A stretch of 64,000 bases of DNA from an uncultured Methanosarcinaceae archaeon (lineage in GTDB: Archaea; Halobacteriota; Methanosarcinia; Methanosarcinales; Methanosarcinaceae), in assembly GCA_963727895.1 (NCBI GenBank), contig CAVSHT010000004.1, forward strand, positions 320,001 through 384,000, given 5' to 3'. Numbering within the stretch: position 1 is the stretch's first letter; every line of letters starts with the position of its first letter. The notes under the pieces were generated by a model, which was not told the origin of the DNA, searched no databases, and saw only the letters and a program-made list of their open reading frames with translations. Made by a program: the position numbers and the translations under genes. This document shows positions 23,073 to 34,722 of this stretch, piece by piece.

Positions 23073-23532
23073 TTAGATTTTCTCAATCTTTGTTGTTAAG
23101 TCCAATGGTTTTGCATAATAAGGAGCACTTATAACAATAATATCCACAAGCTGTGCGTATTCTGGGATTTTTTTCGCTTCAATTCCTCCTACGGCAATTT
23201 CAAGTTTTGGATTGAGTTGCTTAAGTTCAGGTCCGATCTTTCTCAATTCCTCAGGAGAAAAGTGGTCAAGAAGCATTATTTCTTCATCTTTTGCATATCT
23301 GAGAGCTTCTTCTCTTGATCTTGGCTCTATTTCTATTTTCTTTATGGACCGAAGTTTTCCTAATTTACCAACAACTTCAAGGTGATTCTGGCTGATCTGG
23401 ATGGAATCACTAAGGGAGTTTCTGTGGATTTCTCCTCCTACTGCCCGGACAGCTTTAATCTCAAATATTCTGGACCCAGGATGGGTTTTTCTGCTTGTTG
23501 CAATAATTATGTTAGTATTTTCTTTTCTTCCT
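23073..23532 (-). pseudogene. ModD/NadC-family protein, 5'-truncated
   Basis: IATSRKTHPGSRIFEIKAVRAVGGEIHRNSLSDSI...IMLLDHF...AVGGI; N-terminal half missing. Confidence 0.75.
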
Positions 23533-23668
23533 GAATAGCTGATTTAGAGTATGATCCTGAAAGACCTTATTGAGAAAGCAAATTAGAATAAAAACAATTT
23601 CAAGTATTCAAGCAACCTTTTTAATCGCTTATGGATTAATATAATTAGGTAATTTTTATAACTCTTTT

Positions 23669-24298
23669 TTATAGTTTTCCTACTTTTAGTTCTATGATAT
23701 AGGGATCATATGCCGCAGTTGAACTGCGTGAGCAGCGTGCAATATAATAGTCTGCAACAATACATGCTTGTTGCTCGCGGTTATATTCTCGAAAATGCTT
23801 TTTTTCACCTAGTCTGTATTTATATCCTTCACTTGCTTGGGCATAAAAAGCTTCAACCAGATATTGTGAACCTGTATTTTCCATCTGTGCTACATGAGTT
23901 AATTCATGTATTAGCCACTTCATGTCAGAATTGCCTGCAGCAGTATTAAGCTTTCTATTAAAATTGATTGTGTGAAAAGTAGTAATCCCCATACCTGAGT
24001 ACTTTTTTAGCTTTGCTACCATCCAGGCGATGAATGATGCTTCGTCAATGTGTACTTTCTGGTAATTTATTCTGTTTTCAAATATGCTTTTAGCTTCCTG
24101 TTGCTCAATTTCGGTAAAGTTTCGAGTATCAAACTTAATAATCTGCCACAAATAGTCCATTACCGCAGGAAATGCACAAATATCAAGAATTTTTGCAATA
24201 ACCAAACCAGTATTAAAAGCAAGGGATAATAAATTATATCGCATAAATTCGTAGGAATTCTCGTATCGCTGACATATTAGAGTTTTGACGGCTTTCAA
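23669..24298 (-). CDS. HExxH protein resembling the DUF4157/eCIS-core domain
   Basis: GITTFHTINF...WLIHELTHVAQ...YNREQQA; start uncertain. Confidence 0.55.
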   Translation of the reverse strand: MKAVKTLICQRYENSYEFMRYNLLSLAFNTGLVIAKILDICAFPAVMDYLWQIIKFDTRNFTEIEQQEAKSIFENRINYQKVHIDEASFIAWMVAKLKKYSGMGITTFHTINFNRKLNTAAGNSDMKWLIHELTHVAQMENTGSQYLVEAFYAQASEGYKYRLGEKKHFREYNREQQACIVADYYIARCSRSSTAAYDPYIIELKVGKL

Positions 24299-25261
24299 AC
24301 AATCACCATATGTAAATTAATTTTTTGCAAACGTCAACCCTCTTGGTTTCTAGAACTTTTAACTCAATAAATTATAGTTTGATATATGGATTGAATATTT
24401 CTATTCAGTTTTTACAAATGATAATGACCTTGATGTTCTATTTAATTTATTTTTAAGTATTATTTCCATGTATTTAATTGTTTGAATAAACCTGACAGGT
24501 AATTTTCTTTCGTTTGTATTCCATATAAATTCTATAGGATTTTAGATCTAGTGAATGGCAGAAGAAATATGAGCATAATTCCTAATTCTTTTGTTTTTAT
24601 TTTGTTTTGTCTGCTGTATTTGCTTTGATTAAGGAGTTCATCTCATCAGGACTTAACTTCCTATCAATAGCATTTGTTATTTCTTTATTATATTAAAGAA
24701 CACAATAGTTAGTCTGTGTAATAGGTTGCGTCAAGAAAAATAGACATAGAAAAATGAATAAAGACTCTTAATATCCATATCAAAATCAGTTTTATATGTA
24801 GATTCAACTCAAATATATAACAAATTTATAAAGAGAAATTTAAAAATAAAATATAAAAAAAATTGTTGTTAAATAGAAGTAATAAAGTTTATATAAAAAT
24901 AACTGTTTACGTTTTTGTTGGAAACAAAACTAAGAGCTTGTCTTAAAATTAAACTTGTTTCTATGATTGGGATAAAGCTTATGCATATTATGCATTGAGC
25001 TAAAAACGTTTTTATTGAATTTTTTAACAGTTTAAGTGGTAATTTTAATCAATAATAGTTATTTCACTGGATTTTAGACTTCAAATACATAAGTCTATGG
25101 AATAAAATAATATATTTCAAGTCGCAGAATATCTAAATCGTTGAAATTATTCACAGTATAAATTTTAAAGTTAATGTTGTTCATTATCCAATTATATGAA
25201 TAATTTGGATTTTAAGATAGACTCTTAATATAAAAACATTATCAGAGAAGTGATCGGCTAA

Positions 25262-27751
25262 ATGAATGTTGTAGCAAAAAATAGGGTGGTTAAGGCAACA
25301 CTTGAAAGTTTTATTGGTTTAACCATACTGTCACTGACACCGGCACTGGCATCTGCCAGTGAAGCGAATCTTAAAATACCGAACTTGAGCCCAGAACAAA
25401 ACAATCTATTGTTCTACGGTATTATTGTCTGTATATTAGGCATGTTATTCGGTCTTTATCAGTTTACAAAAGTAAAGAAAATAAAGGCTCACCAGTCCAT
25501 GCTGGATGTGGCTAACACAATTTACGAGACCTGTAAGACCTATCTTATCCAACAGGGAAAGCTGTTGTGTATATTATTTGTTTTTATAGGCGTATGTATA
25601 GCCTTCTATTTCGGATTCTTGCAGGAAACACCTCTTAGCGGAGTATTGCTAATCCTTGCCTCTACCATTATAGGAATACTTGGTTCTTACAGTGTAGCAT
25701 GGTATGGAATTCGTATGAATACTCTAGCAAATAGCAGGACTGCATTCGTATCCCTTGAAAAAAAACCACTTAAACTCTTAAACATTGCTCTTGACGCAGG
25801 AATGAGTATAGGAGTACTTCTTGTCTGCGTTGAGTTAATAATGATGTTAATTATATTGCTTTTTGTTCCAAGGAATCTGGCTGGAGCAAGCTTCGTAGGC
25901 TTTGCAGTTGGAGAGTCTCTTGGAGCTAGCGCATTACGTATTGCAGGCGGTATATTCACCAAAATCGCAGATATTGGTTCTGACCTGATGAAAATAGTTT
26001 TCGGAATAAAAGAAGACGACCCACGTAATCCAGGAGTTATTGCTGATTGTACTGGAGATAACGCAGGAGATAGTGTCGGACCTACTGCAGACGGATTTGA
26101 AACCTATGGTGTAACCGGAGTTGCACTCGTCTCATTCATTGTTCTGGCTGTGCAGCCTGCTTTGACAGCGACGCTGCTTACATGGATTTTCGTAATGCGT
26201 GTACTCATGATTATCACTTCAGTAACTTCTTTTTACATCAACAGAACACTCAGTCAAGTAAGATTTAGCAACAAAGACGATTTCGATTTTGAACAGCCTC
26301 TTACCAGCCTTATATGGATCACTTCTATTCTTTCCATAGTAGTAACATTTGCAGTAAGCTATTACTTGCTGGGTCCGGGTTCTCAGGCACCTGTTCAGTT
26401 ACAAAACGTATGGTCTGTGCTGGCAGTAATAATAAGCTGTGGTACCTTGGGAGCAGCTTTAATTCCAGAATTTACCAAGATATTTACAAGCCCGAATTCA
26501 AAGCATGTAGCTGAGGTTGTTAAAGCTTCTAGAGAAGGTGGTCCGTCTCTCAACATACTTTCCGGACTAGTTGCAGGTAACTTCAGTGCATTCTGGATCG
26601 GCATGGTATTCCTTTTACTGATGTACTTTGCCTATTTCGCCAGTGGTTTTGGCTTGAGCGAGATAATGATTTATCCTTCCATATTTGCATTTGGCCTGGT
26701 AGCTTTTGGGATGCTGGGCATGGGCCCTGTTACTATAGCAGTTGACAGCTATGGACCGGTAACGGATAACGCTCAGTCCATTTACGAACTGTCACTTATT
26801 GAAACTATCCCAAAAATAAAGGAGCAGATCAAGAGAGAATTCAACTTTGAACCGGATTTCGATAAAGCCAAACATTATTTGGAAGCAAATGATGGAGCAG
26901 GAAATACTTTTAAGGCCACAGCCAAACCGGTTTTGATAGGTACAGCTGTGGTTGGTGCTACAACCATGATCTTCTCTTTGATTCTTGTCATTAAGGAAGT
27001 TCTTGGTGTACAGCCAGAACAAATTCTGACTCTGCTTAATCCATATACAATTTTCGGATTATTAGCAGGAGGCTGTGTAATTTACTGGTTTACCGGAGCA
27101 TCAATGCAGGCCGTAACTACCGGAGCTTACAGGGCAGTTGAATATATCAAAGAAAATATACAGCTTGATGAAAATGCCAGTCAGAAAGCATCTACTGAAA
27201 AGTCAAAAGAAGTGGTAAAAATCTGTACCCAGTATGCACAGCAGGGTATGTTCAATATATTTGTAGCCATATTTTCTTTTACCCTGGCGTTCTCTTGCCT
27301 CTCCGCTCCTATAGCTGGAAATGATTCTGTTGCATTCTTTGTCGCATATTTGATTTCCATTGCAGTATTCGGACTGTTCCAGGCAGTATTCATGGCAAAT
27401 GCTGGCGGATGCTGGGATAATGCCAAAAAAGTAGTGGAAGTAAACCTTCAGGAAAAAGGCACAGCTTTACATGAGGCAACCGTGGTAGGCGATACTGTAG
27501 GAGATCCATTTAAAGATACTTCCTCAGTTGCCCTGAATCCTATAATCAAGTTCACTACTTTGTTTGGATTGTTATCTATGGAAATGGCTATCTCAGAGTC
27601 GTTCAGAAGTATGGCACCATATGTAGGCGGCGTATTCCTTTTGATTGCGTTAGTATTTGTCTGGCGTTCATTCTATAGAATGAGAATACCTCAAAGAGAT
27701 GAGAGCTCAAGCAGAGGAATTGTGAAAGAATCAATTGTTAATCAGGACTAA
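25262..27751 (+). CDS. hppA: Membrane-bound ion-translocating pyrophosphatase (K+-independent signature)
   Basis: GGIFTKIADIGSDL, EDDPRNPGVIADCTGDNAGD, DSYGPVTDNA, GNTFKATAK, GDTVGDPFKDTS. Confidence 0.95.
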   Translation: MNVVAKNRVVKATLESFIGLTILSLTPALASASEANLKIPNLSPEQNNLLFYGIIVCILGMLFGLYQFTKVKKIKAHQSMLDVANTIYETCKTYLIQQGKLLCILFVFIGVCIAFYFGFLQETPLSGVLLILASTIIGILGSYSVAWYGIRMNTLANSRTAFVSLEKKPLKLLNIALDAGMSIGVLLVCVELIMMLIILLFVPRNLAGASFVGFAVGESLGASALRIAGGIFTKIADIGSDLMKIVFGIKEDDPRNPGVIADCTGDNAGDSVGPTADGFETYGVTGVALVSFIVLAVQPALTATLLTWIFVMRVLMIITSVTSFYINRTLSQVRFSNKDDFDFEQPLTSLIWITSILSIVVTFAVSYYLLGPGSQAPVQLQNVWSVLAVIISCGTLGAALIPEFTKIFTSPNSKHVAEVVKASREGGPSLNILSGLVAGNFSAFWIGMVFLLLMYFAYFASGFGLSEIMIYPSIFAFGLVAFGMLGMGPVTIAVDSYGPVTDNAQSIYELSLIETIPKIKEQIKREFNFEPDFDKAKHYLEANDGAGNTFKATAKPVLIGTAVVGATTMIFSLILVIKEVLGVQPEQILTLLNPYTIFGLLAGGCVIYWFTGASMQAVTTGAYRAVEYIKENIQLDENASQKASTEKSKEVVKICTQYAQQGMFNIFVAIFSFTLAFSCLSAPIAGNDSVAFFVAYLISIAVFGLFQAVFMANAGGCWDNAKKVVEVNLQEKGTALHEATVVGDTVGDPFKDTSSVALNPIIKFTTLFGLLSMEMAISESFRSMAPYVGGVFLLIALVFVWRSFYRMRIPQRDESSSRGIVKESIVNQD

Positions 27752-27760
27752 ATATATGCC

Positions 27761-27793
27761 AAGCCTTACAACAAATCTAATGTTGTAAGGCTT
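27761..27793 (+). terminator. Perfect 13-bp stem-loop just after the hppA stop
   Basis: AAGCCTTACAACA-AATCTAA-TGTTGTAAGGCTT. Confidence 0.55.
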
Positions 27794-27997
27794 CTTACAT
27801 AAAAAACTGAAAGCAAGTACTTCTGAGGACTTTTACAAGCTGAAATAAATAGATAAATATACTTTTTATTTGACGACAATAAAAAGTTCTCCTCATTTTT
27901 TGGGATAAATAAGAAGAAATTTTAAAATATTATTTTGAGAAATTTATTGGGTAAAAAAGAATTTAGAGTATTTCTATAAAGCCGATATTTCAGAGCA

Positions 27998-28756
27998 GGT
28001 ATTGTTACTTAACTATATCTAGTTCTTTATTTCTGTATTTCATCAATAGAATAACCGAGTACTTTAGCATTTCAAGACTTTTTGTATAACACTTTGTCTT
28101 TCTTCTCAATCTTGCTAGAAAATGCCTCAATATGCTGTTATATCCCTCAACTGTAAATGTTTCTGCTTTTGATTGAGTATGACTCTTTTCAGGAAGAAAT
28201 TCTGCATATGCCCTCCAGTGATCTGTCATCACTTCTCCAATTTCTTTTTTCTTCATTTTTTCCTAGAGTAGGTTTCCAGTTTCTGTTCCTCTGCTACCAA
28301 AAGAGCAGTTGATGAACTTTTTCCCAACTCTATCAACAGCAATCCAGATCCAGCAATATTTTTATTTGTTGCCGATGTACGTGTGCATTTCATCCATTTC
28401 AACAATAGATATCTCATTTTCACTTTTTAGAGCCTCTAACTCCTGACCAAATTTCTTTATCCATTTTTGGACAGAAACATGACTCACCCCTAAAAATCGT
28501 CCTATTGAACGAAAGCCTAATCCTTCAAGATAGAGTTGTAAAGCCTGTCTTTTTACAGAAGCGGAAAAAGCAGTTGATTTTAGCTCTACTGTATAGTTAT
28601 AGCCACAATCAGAGCATTTGTACCGTTGACGCCCGCCAACTATACCGTTCTCACCAACTATACCGTTCTTTTTGTGACTGGAACTATTGCATCTGGGGCA
28701 GTTAATGAAGAAATATACTTTCTAATAGTATATAACTATGTTTAAGTATCAATACC
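27998..28756 (-). mobile_element. IS1-family element, copy 4, inactivated
   Basis: GGTATTG...CAATACC; ATT start; slippery A-run mutated to AAATAAAA (TAA); carries the 18-bp duplication. Confidence 0.9.
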
Positions 28757-29264
28757 TTATATTCGAAATTTAATTATATTCCACCACAAAAAAAGTCGTG
28801 CACAAATAAAAGAGATTTATACACTTGAGCAACTAATCGAACATCTAGATGAAAAGTATAGAAAGAGTGACTGCATAGCTATATATATTGGTCCTGGCTT
28901 CGAAATTATTATTGAGCAGCAAAATATATAGAACAAGTTCCACTCGAGTGGAATTCAAAAGCTGCTCTGCGAACACTTTGGCATAGAATGTGGGCTGGTA
29001 GAATATGAATTTACAGGCACTGCTGGCAAAGGACAAGTGAGAGTTAAAGACGTATCTATTATAACTTCTTTATAAAGCCTCTAGACAAGCTGGCTGCAGG
29101 GGTAGGAGGAAAAATCGACTCAGTCAGCTCTTCAGGCGAAAAAATATTTAATCTATTAACTATTTTTTTTATTGTCGCTTCTTCTAGAATTGCATTTTTT
29201 ACACTTTAGTTGCAAAATGATGTAGTGAACCACACAAATAATTTTGAGAGTCCAAAAATAAATA

Positions 29265-29752
29265 TTAAATCGATCCAATATCTCTTGAATAAATCTTCAG
29301 AACCCTCTCAACTGCCTCTTCAGCGCGCTTGCTATAAAAAGTCCAGATAGCTTCTTTCACCAGAATTGAAAGCTGGTCTTCAGGAGCATTTTTCGGAATC
29401 TCTACTATAAGTTGACAATCATTGAAAGAAGTAAGAGGTTTTTTGATATTATCCATCAATTTGATTTTTAGAGGATACTCTTTACCCAGATAAAAGTAGA
29501 TTTCACCTTCAAGATACTGCTTTTTTTGATCTGGCAGCCTATTTGCTTCAAACCATTCAAGCTTTTTTAAGATCCAAAGAGCTTTCTCTCAACCATTTCT
29601 CGAATAATATTCGTACTCATCCCATGAGGTGCTCGAAACTCAACTTTCATATCTGGAAAAACAAAAATAGCTGCCCTCTTTCTATTTCTACTGTAAACGA
29701 TCTCATAACTTATAGTTTTACCACAGGCTTTAATGATATCGTTTTTTCTCAT
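29265..29752 (-). pseudogene. YgjP/DUF45 (M48-like) metallopeptidase, frameshifted and truncated
   Basis: ISYEIVYSRNRKRAAI...VEFRAP; frameshift ~29582; YLEGEIYFYLGKEYPL; no HExxH half. Confidence 0.78.
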
Positions 29753-29834
29753 CTCGAAGTCCTCAGTTTATAACAAATTTCCAACCCCACTGTTCTTCTA
29801 ATTACTTTTTCTAATTTCGATCTCATCGTCTTTC

Positions 29835-30614
29835 TCATTCATTGAATTTCTTGTAGAGATAATTTGCCGTTACCTGGAAAAGCAGGATAAATATTACCAA
29901 CAACAGGATATCTAGGACAGGTGAAAATAACGATTTACCGGTATATGCGTACTCAATCAAATCATTTCCATATGTGAGGGGAGACACCAGTGCAATCTGC
30001 TGCCCAATCTTAGGCATGGTTGATATAGGAATAAAAACGCCGGAAATAAAAATAAGCGGTAGTCTAACCGTGTTTAGCATTGACATAACTTCTCCCACAT
30101 TCTCTGTAGGATATGCGGCAAATAATGTCCCAAGAGTTGCAAAACAGAATGCTGTAAGTATCATAGAAATAATAAGGATCGGTACGTTCATTATAGGAGT
30201 GCCGAACACAAGAACACCTATGGCAAGCGGTAAACAAGCGATGCCGAGGCTATATAGAAAACCACTCAGACTTTCACCTGAAACCAGTGAATATAAAGAA
30301 ATCGGTGCAGAAAGTAGACGTTCAAAAGTTTTTACCCGTCTTTCGATAGGTATCGAGACCGGTTCTATTGATGAAGCAGAAAATAGGAGGGTAATTGATA
30401 TTAATCCCGGGATGAGGACACCTGGAGCCGTATTTTTTCCAATAGCAAAGGCGAGGAACATAAAAAGCGGGAAGAAAATGCCGGAAACTATGATATTAGG
30501 CTTGAAATAGTAAATCCGCATATCTTTTTTTGCAATCGCCCAGGCGGCGGAAATTTCAAAAGACAGACGCTTTATCAGTCCTGTATTATCAGTCAATTGC
30601 ATGAATTTTCTCAC
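29835..30614 (-). CDS. ABC-2 type transporter permease
   Basis: ERLLSAPIS, PLIFISGVFIPI, SPLTY; ~6 TM segments. Confidence 0.92.
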   Translation of the reverse strand: MRKFMQLTDNTGLIKRLSFEISAAWAIAKKDMRIYYFKPNIIVSGIFFPLFMFLAFAIGKNTAPGVLIPGLISITLLFSASSIEPVSIPIERRVKTFERLLSAPISLYSLVSGESLSGFLYSLGIACLPLAIGVLVFGTPIMNVPILIISMILTAFCFATLGTLFAAYPTENVGEVMSMLNTVRLPLIFISGVFIPISTMPKIGQQIALVSPLTYGNDLIEYAYTGKSLFSPVLDILLLVIFILLFQVTANYLYKKFNE

Positions 30615-31548
30615 CTGTTGCCCGTTGTAGACCTGTTAACTTTATGAATACATCTTCTAGGCTCGGACCAAGAGTTGTGATACTTATAACTTTAAGGTTA
30701 TTTGCATGAGCGTAATCCATTAAGGCATTGATAGCTTCAGAAGGATCTTCAGTATAGAGCTTAAATTTATCACCTTCTTTTTGTGCCTCGTTTACCATGG
30801 AGAAACGTCTGAGCTCGTCAAGCTGATCTGCTGAATTATAATCAAAAGAAACTTCAATCGACTGCACGCTTTCTATTGTTTTCTTCAATGATTCAGGAGA
30901 GTCAATTGCAACAATATGCCCTTTATTAATAATTGCTACCCTATCACACATGACATTTGCCTCCTCAATATTATGCGTCGTTAAAAAAACAGTAACACCA
31001 TCCTTAACAAGATCTGAAACCACATCTCGAATGATAAGATTGCTTTGTACGTCGAGTCCTGAGGTTGGTTCGTCCAGGAACAATAAATGTGGACTATTAA
31101 CCAGTCCCATTGCGAGCGTCAGACGCCGCTTCATCCCCTTCGAAAAACCATGCGCTTTATCATTGCGCCGGTCATATAATTCAAATTTATTAAGTAGTTC
31201 GGTTGCCTTATTTTCTCTTTCTTTCCGCCCCACATGATAGAGCTCGGCGGAAAACATTAGATTTTGCCATGCTGTCAGGTCATCATAAACATTGGAATTT
31301 TCGGCAACAATCCCCATTGACTGCCTTGCAGCAATAGTATCGTGCTCAATATCATGGCCAAAAATAGCTGCCGTTCCAGATGTAGGTCTTGAAACTCCAG
31401 TCAAAATACGAATTGTAGTAGTCTTGCCAGCCCCATTGGGACCCAAAAAACCAAATGTTTCTCCTTCACCAACTGAGAAACTAATATCATTGAGTGCAGT
31501 AAGAGAACCAAATTTCTTGATTAGGTGAGATACCTCAATTGCTTGCAT
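30589..31548 (-). CDS. ABC transporter ATP-binding protein (DrrA-like)
   Basis: GPNGAGKTT, FSKGMKRR, LFLDEPT, TTH. Confidence 0.95.
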   Translation of the reverse strand: MQAIEVSHLIKKFGSLTALNDISFSVGEGETFGFLGPNGAGKTTTIRILTGVSRPTSGTAAIFGHDIEHDTIAARQSMGIVAENSNVYDDLTAWQNLMFSAELYHVGRKERENKATELLNKFELYDRRNDKAHGFSKGMKRRLTLAMGLVNSPHLLFLDEPTSGLDVQSNLIIRDVVSDLVKDGVTVFLTTHNIEEANVMCDRVAIINKGHIVAIDSPESLKKTIESVQSIEVSFDYNSADQLDELRRFSMVNEAQKEGDKFKLYTEDPSEAINALMDYAHANNLKVISITTLGPSLEDVFIKLTGLQRATGEKIHAID

Positions 31549-31710
31549 ATATCCTGATACTACATTTAATACTTAAATCATTCTCACAAGATGATTTCAA
31601 AAAAGAACGCCTATTTCCGGATGGAAATCAGAAACCGGAGGCGCCGTTTAATCCCTTTTTAATAACCCTAAATTTAACTGAATTTCCCTTGATAAATTTA
31701 AAGTTGATTA

Positions 31711-32094
31711 TTAGTTCTTTTCTTCATAGCACTTTGATGGTTGCCATCCTTCAATTTCTAGTGCTTCCAGTACTGTATAAACTCTTCTATCTGTAGTCCC
31801 GCTGATTTCTGCTATTTCTTCTATGGTTGCTTTAGAAATCATTCCGTTATTTTCAGTTTTACATTGAACCAGCAATGAAGCTATTTCATTGAATATCTTT
31901 TTAGCTCCATTAAATTCTTTGATCTTGCTGTAGTCTTCTATGTTTGATAATTTTAGAAAATCTCTTGCAAATTGCCTTGATGTTTCACTAACATTCACTC
32001 CCTTATCTGGAGTCCATTCTAAAAAATCTAGTTTACATGCTTGCAATTCTGAAAAATACATTTCCTCATTTTGATCTCCCATAAAGTTTACCAA
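31711..32094 (-). CDS. Hypothetical protein with C-terminal helix-turn-helix-like segment
   Basis: AAGGAG RBS; TIEEIAEISGTTDRRVYTVLEALE. Confidence 0.5.
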   Translation of the reverse strand: MVNFMGDQNEEMYFSELQACKLDFLEWTPDKGVNVSETSRQFARDFLKLSNIEDYSKIKEFNGAKKIFNEIASLLVQCKTENNGMISKATIEEIAEISGTTDRRVYTVLEALEIEGWQPSKCYEEKN

Positions 32095-32449
32095 CTCCTT
32101 AAACTACTATTTTATCTTATTTATTCGCCCACTATAACTAGGCATTTAAGTAATAAAATACTTTTTAATTCAGGGGTCTGTGGAACCCCTAATTTATGTA
32201 AATAATTACTACAACTTTTTTGTTTACATTATAGACTATCAGTTTAATTTTTATTTCTTTTACTTGATTATAGAATTTTTTTGCTTTAGTTTCTCCAAAC
32301 TTCTTTTTAGCAACAGAGAAAGTTTTATCCGCTATGTTTCTTTCATTGTATTTAGTTTTGTTAATAATTATAATTATATTGTAAACTGGGTTTACTCTTT
32401 ATAGCCAGTTATAATATTTTACCAGTAAAAATGTAAAATGGGTTTTGTT

Positions 32450-33676
32450 ATGCATTTTCAAAAAGAAAAAGATAATTTCATAGAAAAACGAAATGGAGAA
32501 TTAAGAACTAATTTAAAAGGGACGGTGCTGCTACTGGCTCTTTTGACCGTATTTCCCCCTCTGTCCACAGATATATGATCCTGCCTGCAATTCCTTCCCT
32601 TGCCAAAACCTGGAACCAGCCGCTGTCTATAGTTAACCTGATTATAATCAGCTTTTTCGTTACTTATGGGTTTTGTCTTCTTTTCTACGGTCCGGTTTCA
32701 GACCGGTTTGGACGCCGAAAGCCTCTCCTTTTTGGACTTACAGTATATATAATTGCAAGTTTTTTCTGCGCTATGGCTTCAAACGCTTCCACACTTATTT
32801 TCTTACGCATTTTACAGGCAGCAGGAGCTGCTGCAAGCTCTTCTATTTCAATGGCAATGACAAAGGACATTTTTTCCGGGAATGAAAGAGAAAAAATTTT
32901 GGCTTACATATCTGTAATTATAGCTCTTGCTCCTATGATTGCTCCCGTACTTGGAGGCTGGATACTCACCAGGTTCTCCTGGCACTGGATATTTATTATA
33001 CAGGCAACCGCTGGAGTTATAGGGCTACTTGGTGTTCTACGTTTTTCAGAGACGCTTTCTCAGGTGTCCGATGTTCCTTTATCAAGAATGATACACAGTT
33101 ATGGCTGACTGCTGCTCAATCCTTCCTATATTGTTCTGGTTCTTGTCATGTCAATAAGCCTTTTTCCCTTATACACATTCATTGCAGGCTCTTCTGCCAT
33201 TTATGTTAATTAATTTGGGCTGAACGAGCAGAATTATAGCTATTTTTTGCCTTCAATGCTCTAGCCTTGATGGTAGGTTCTTTTTCCTGCCTTCGGTTGA
33301 TAAGAAGCACAAGTTCAAAGCATCTAATGACGATTGGATTTGCTGGAATTTTTCTGGGTGGGATTATTCTCTTTTTCACTGGACAACATAGCACATGGAG
33401 TTTTGCCCTGCCAATGTTCCTTGTCACATTTTCAATAGGTCTTAGCCGTCCTCCAAGCAACAATCTCGTACTGGAACAGGTCGATAAAGACGTTGGATCA
33501 GCTTCTTCCTTACTGATTTTCACCTATTTCACCCTCGGAGCTGTAGGCATGCGGCTCATATCCCTTGAATGGGAAGACAAAATCCCTGTACTTGGAGCTA
33601 TCATCGTTGGCTGTGGGCTTTAGTGATTGCAGCATGGACTATTCTACAAAAAAGAGGTATAAAGGGAACTACCTGA
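32450..33676 (+). pseudogene. Bcr/CflA-family multidrug MFS transporter, disrupted
   Basis: FPPLSTD.Y.PA, GPVSDRFGRRKP, APMIAPVLGG; frameshifts at ~32573, ~33245 and ~33618; stops at 33106 (TGA) and ~33211 (TAA). Confidence 0.88.
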
Positions 33677-33781
33677 AAACAATAATCAAAATGAGAAAAA
33701 TGTTAACAAAAAGATGCATGTGATATAAATGGACAAAGCAATAGTAAGGAGCTTATCCTGAGATTCAAATGTTCATCTTTT

Positions 33782-34450
33782 TTATTTCCTTACTTCCATT
33801 TCTTTTTGTCGCTTTACGAACTTTGCTCCCATCTCAAAAGCTTTCTGACAGTCCAGCGGAAAAACTTCCTTTCTCCTTTTTGCTTTTTCCTCGAGATCAA
33901 ATTTGTCTGCCACATACTTTGAATAGTCGTCAAACTGATAAGTATCGGTACTGCAAAGTGATTCAGAATATCCAAAGATCCTCTTCGTAAAATTTTCATT
34001 TAATTCTATAGTTTTCTTGAGCCCAAACATATCAAAATATTCTTCCTTTATCCCCATCGTGTAGATAAAACCAACAGGAATGTTTTTTGGATAAAGCGAG
34101 GGAAGACTATCGGAATAAACGAGGTATGGAAATACATAACGCTCCATGAATGATCTCATCTCGCCTGTAGAGTTCCCAAGGTAAATTGGCGATCCGAGTA
34201 TCACTGCATCTGCATCTTTCAACCTCTCAAGCACAGGTGTCAAATCGTCATGCATTGCACATTTTCCATAGCTTTTTCCGTCCTTCAATTTGCAGGCAAA
34301 ACAACTTGTACAGCCTTTAAAATTGAAGTCATAGAGGTGGATTATTTCTGTTTCTGCACCCTCTGAAGTTGCTCCTTCAAGAGCTTTTTCAAGCAGGGTT
34401 GCTGTATTCCATTTCTTTCGAGGACTTCCGTTTATCGCTATTACTTTCAT
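33782..34450 (-). CDS. Flavodoxin-family iron-sulfur flavoprotein-like protein
   Basis: INGSPRKKWNT, CTSCFACK...C, GSPIYLG. Confidence 0.88.
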   Translation of the reverse strand: MKVIAINGSPRKKWNTATLLEKALEGATSEGAETEIIHLYDFNFKGCTSCFACKLKDGKSYGKCAMHDDLTPVLERLKDADAVILGSPIYLGNSTGEMRSFMERYVFPYLVYSDSLPSLYPKNIPVGFIYTMGIKEEYFDMFGLKKTIELNENFTKRIFGYSESLCSTDTYQFDDYSKYVADKFDLEEKAKRRKEVFPLDCQKAFEMGAKFVKRQKEMEVRK

Positions 34451-34722
34451 GACTTTTACCTCTTATTTTCAATTTCTTTTATATTTATATTCATAATTTG
34501 GATACTGAATTTTCTGTATGCGATCACTACGCTTTTTTCTCTGATTAGAGGTAATTTTTTAAATCAGTAATGAAATTAGGCAAGTTATTTACAAAGTTCG
34601 GTATATCTCATATAATATTGTGAAAACCTCCGAGATATTAACTCCAGTATTTTTAAGTTCGATATATAAAGAATATTAACAGCTTTCCAGTCAACTGATG
34701 CTTTTCCAGAGTTAAGAGTTTC

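Noticed and set aside
24300..25260. Long AT-rich gap as replication origin or hidden gene
   Set aside because: No ORB-like repeats, no adjacent cdc6/orc1 and no credible ORF seen
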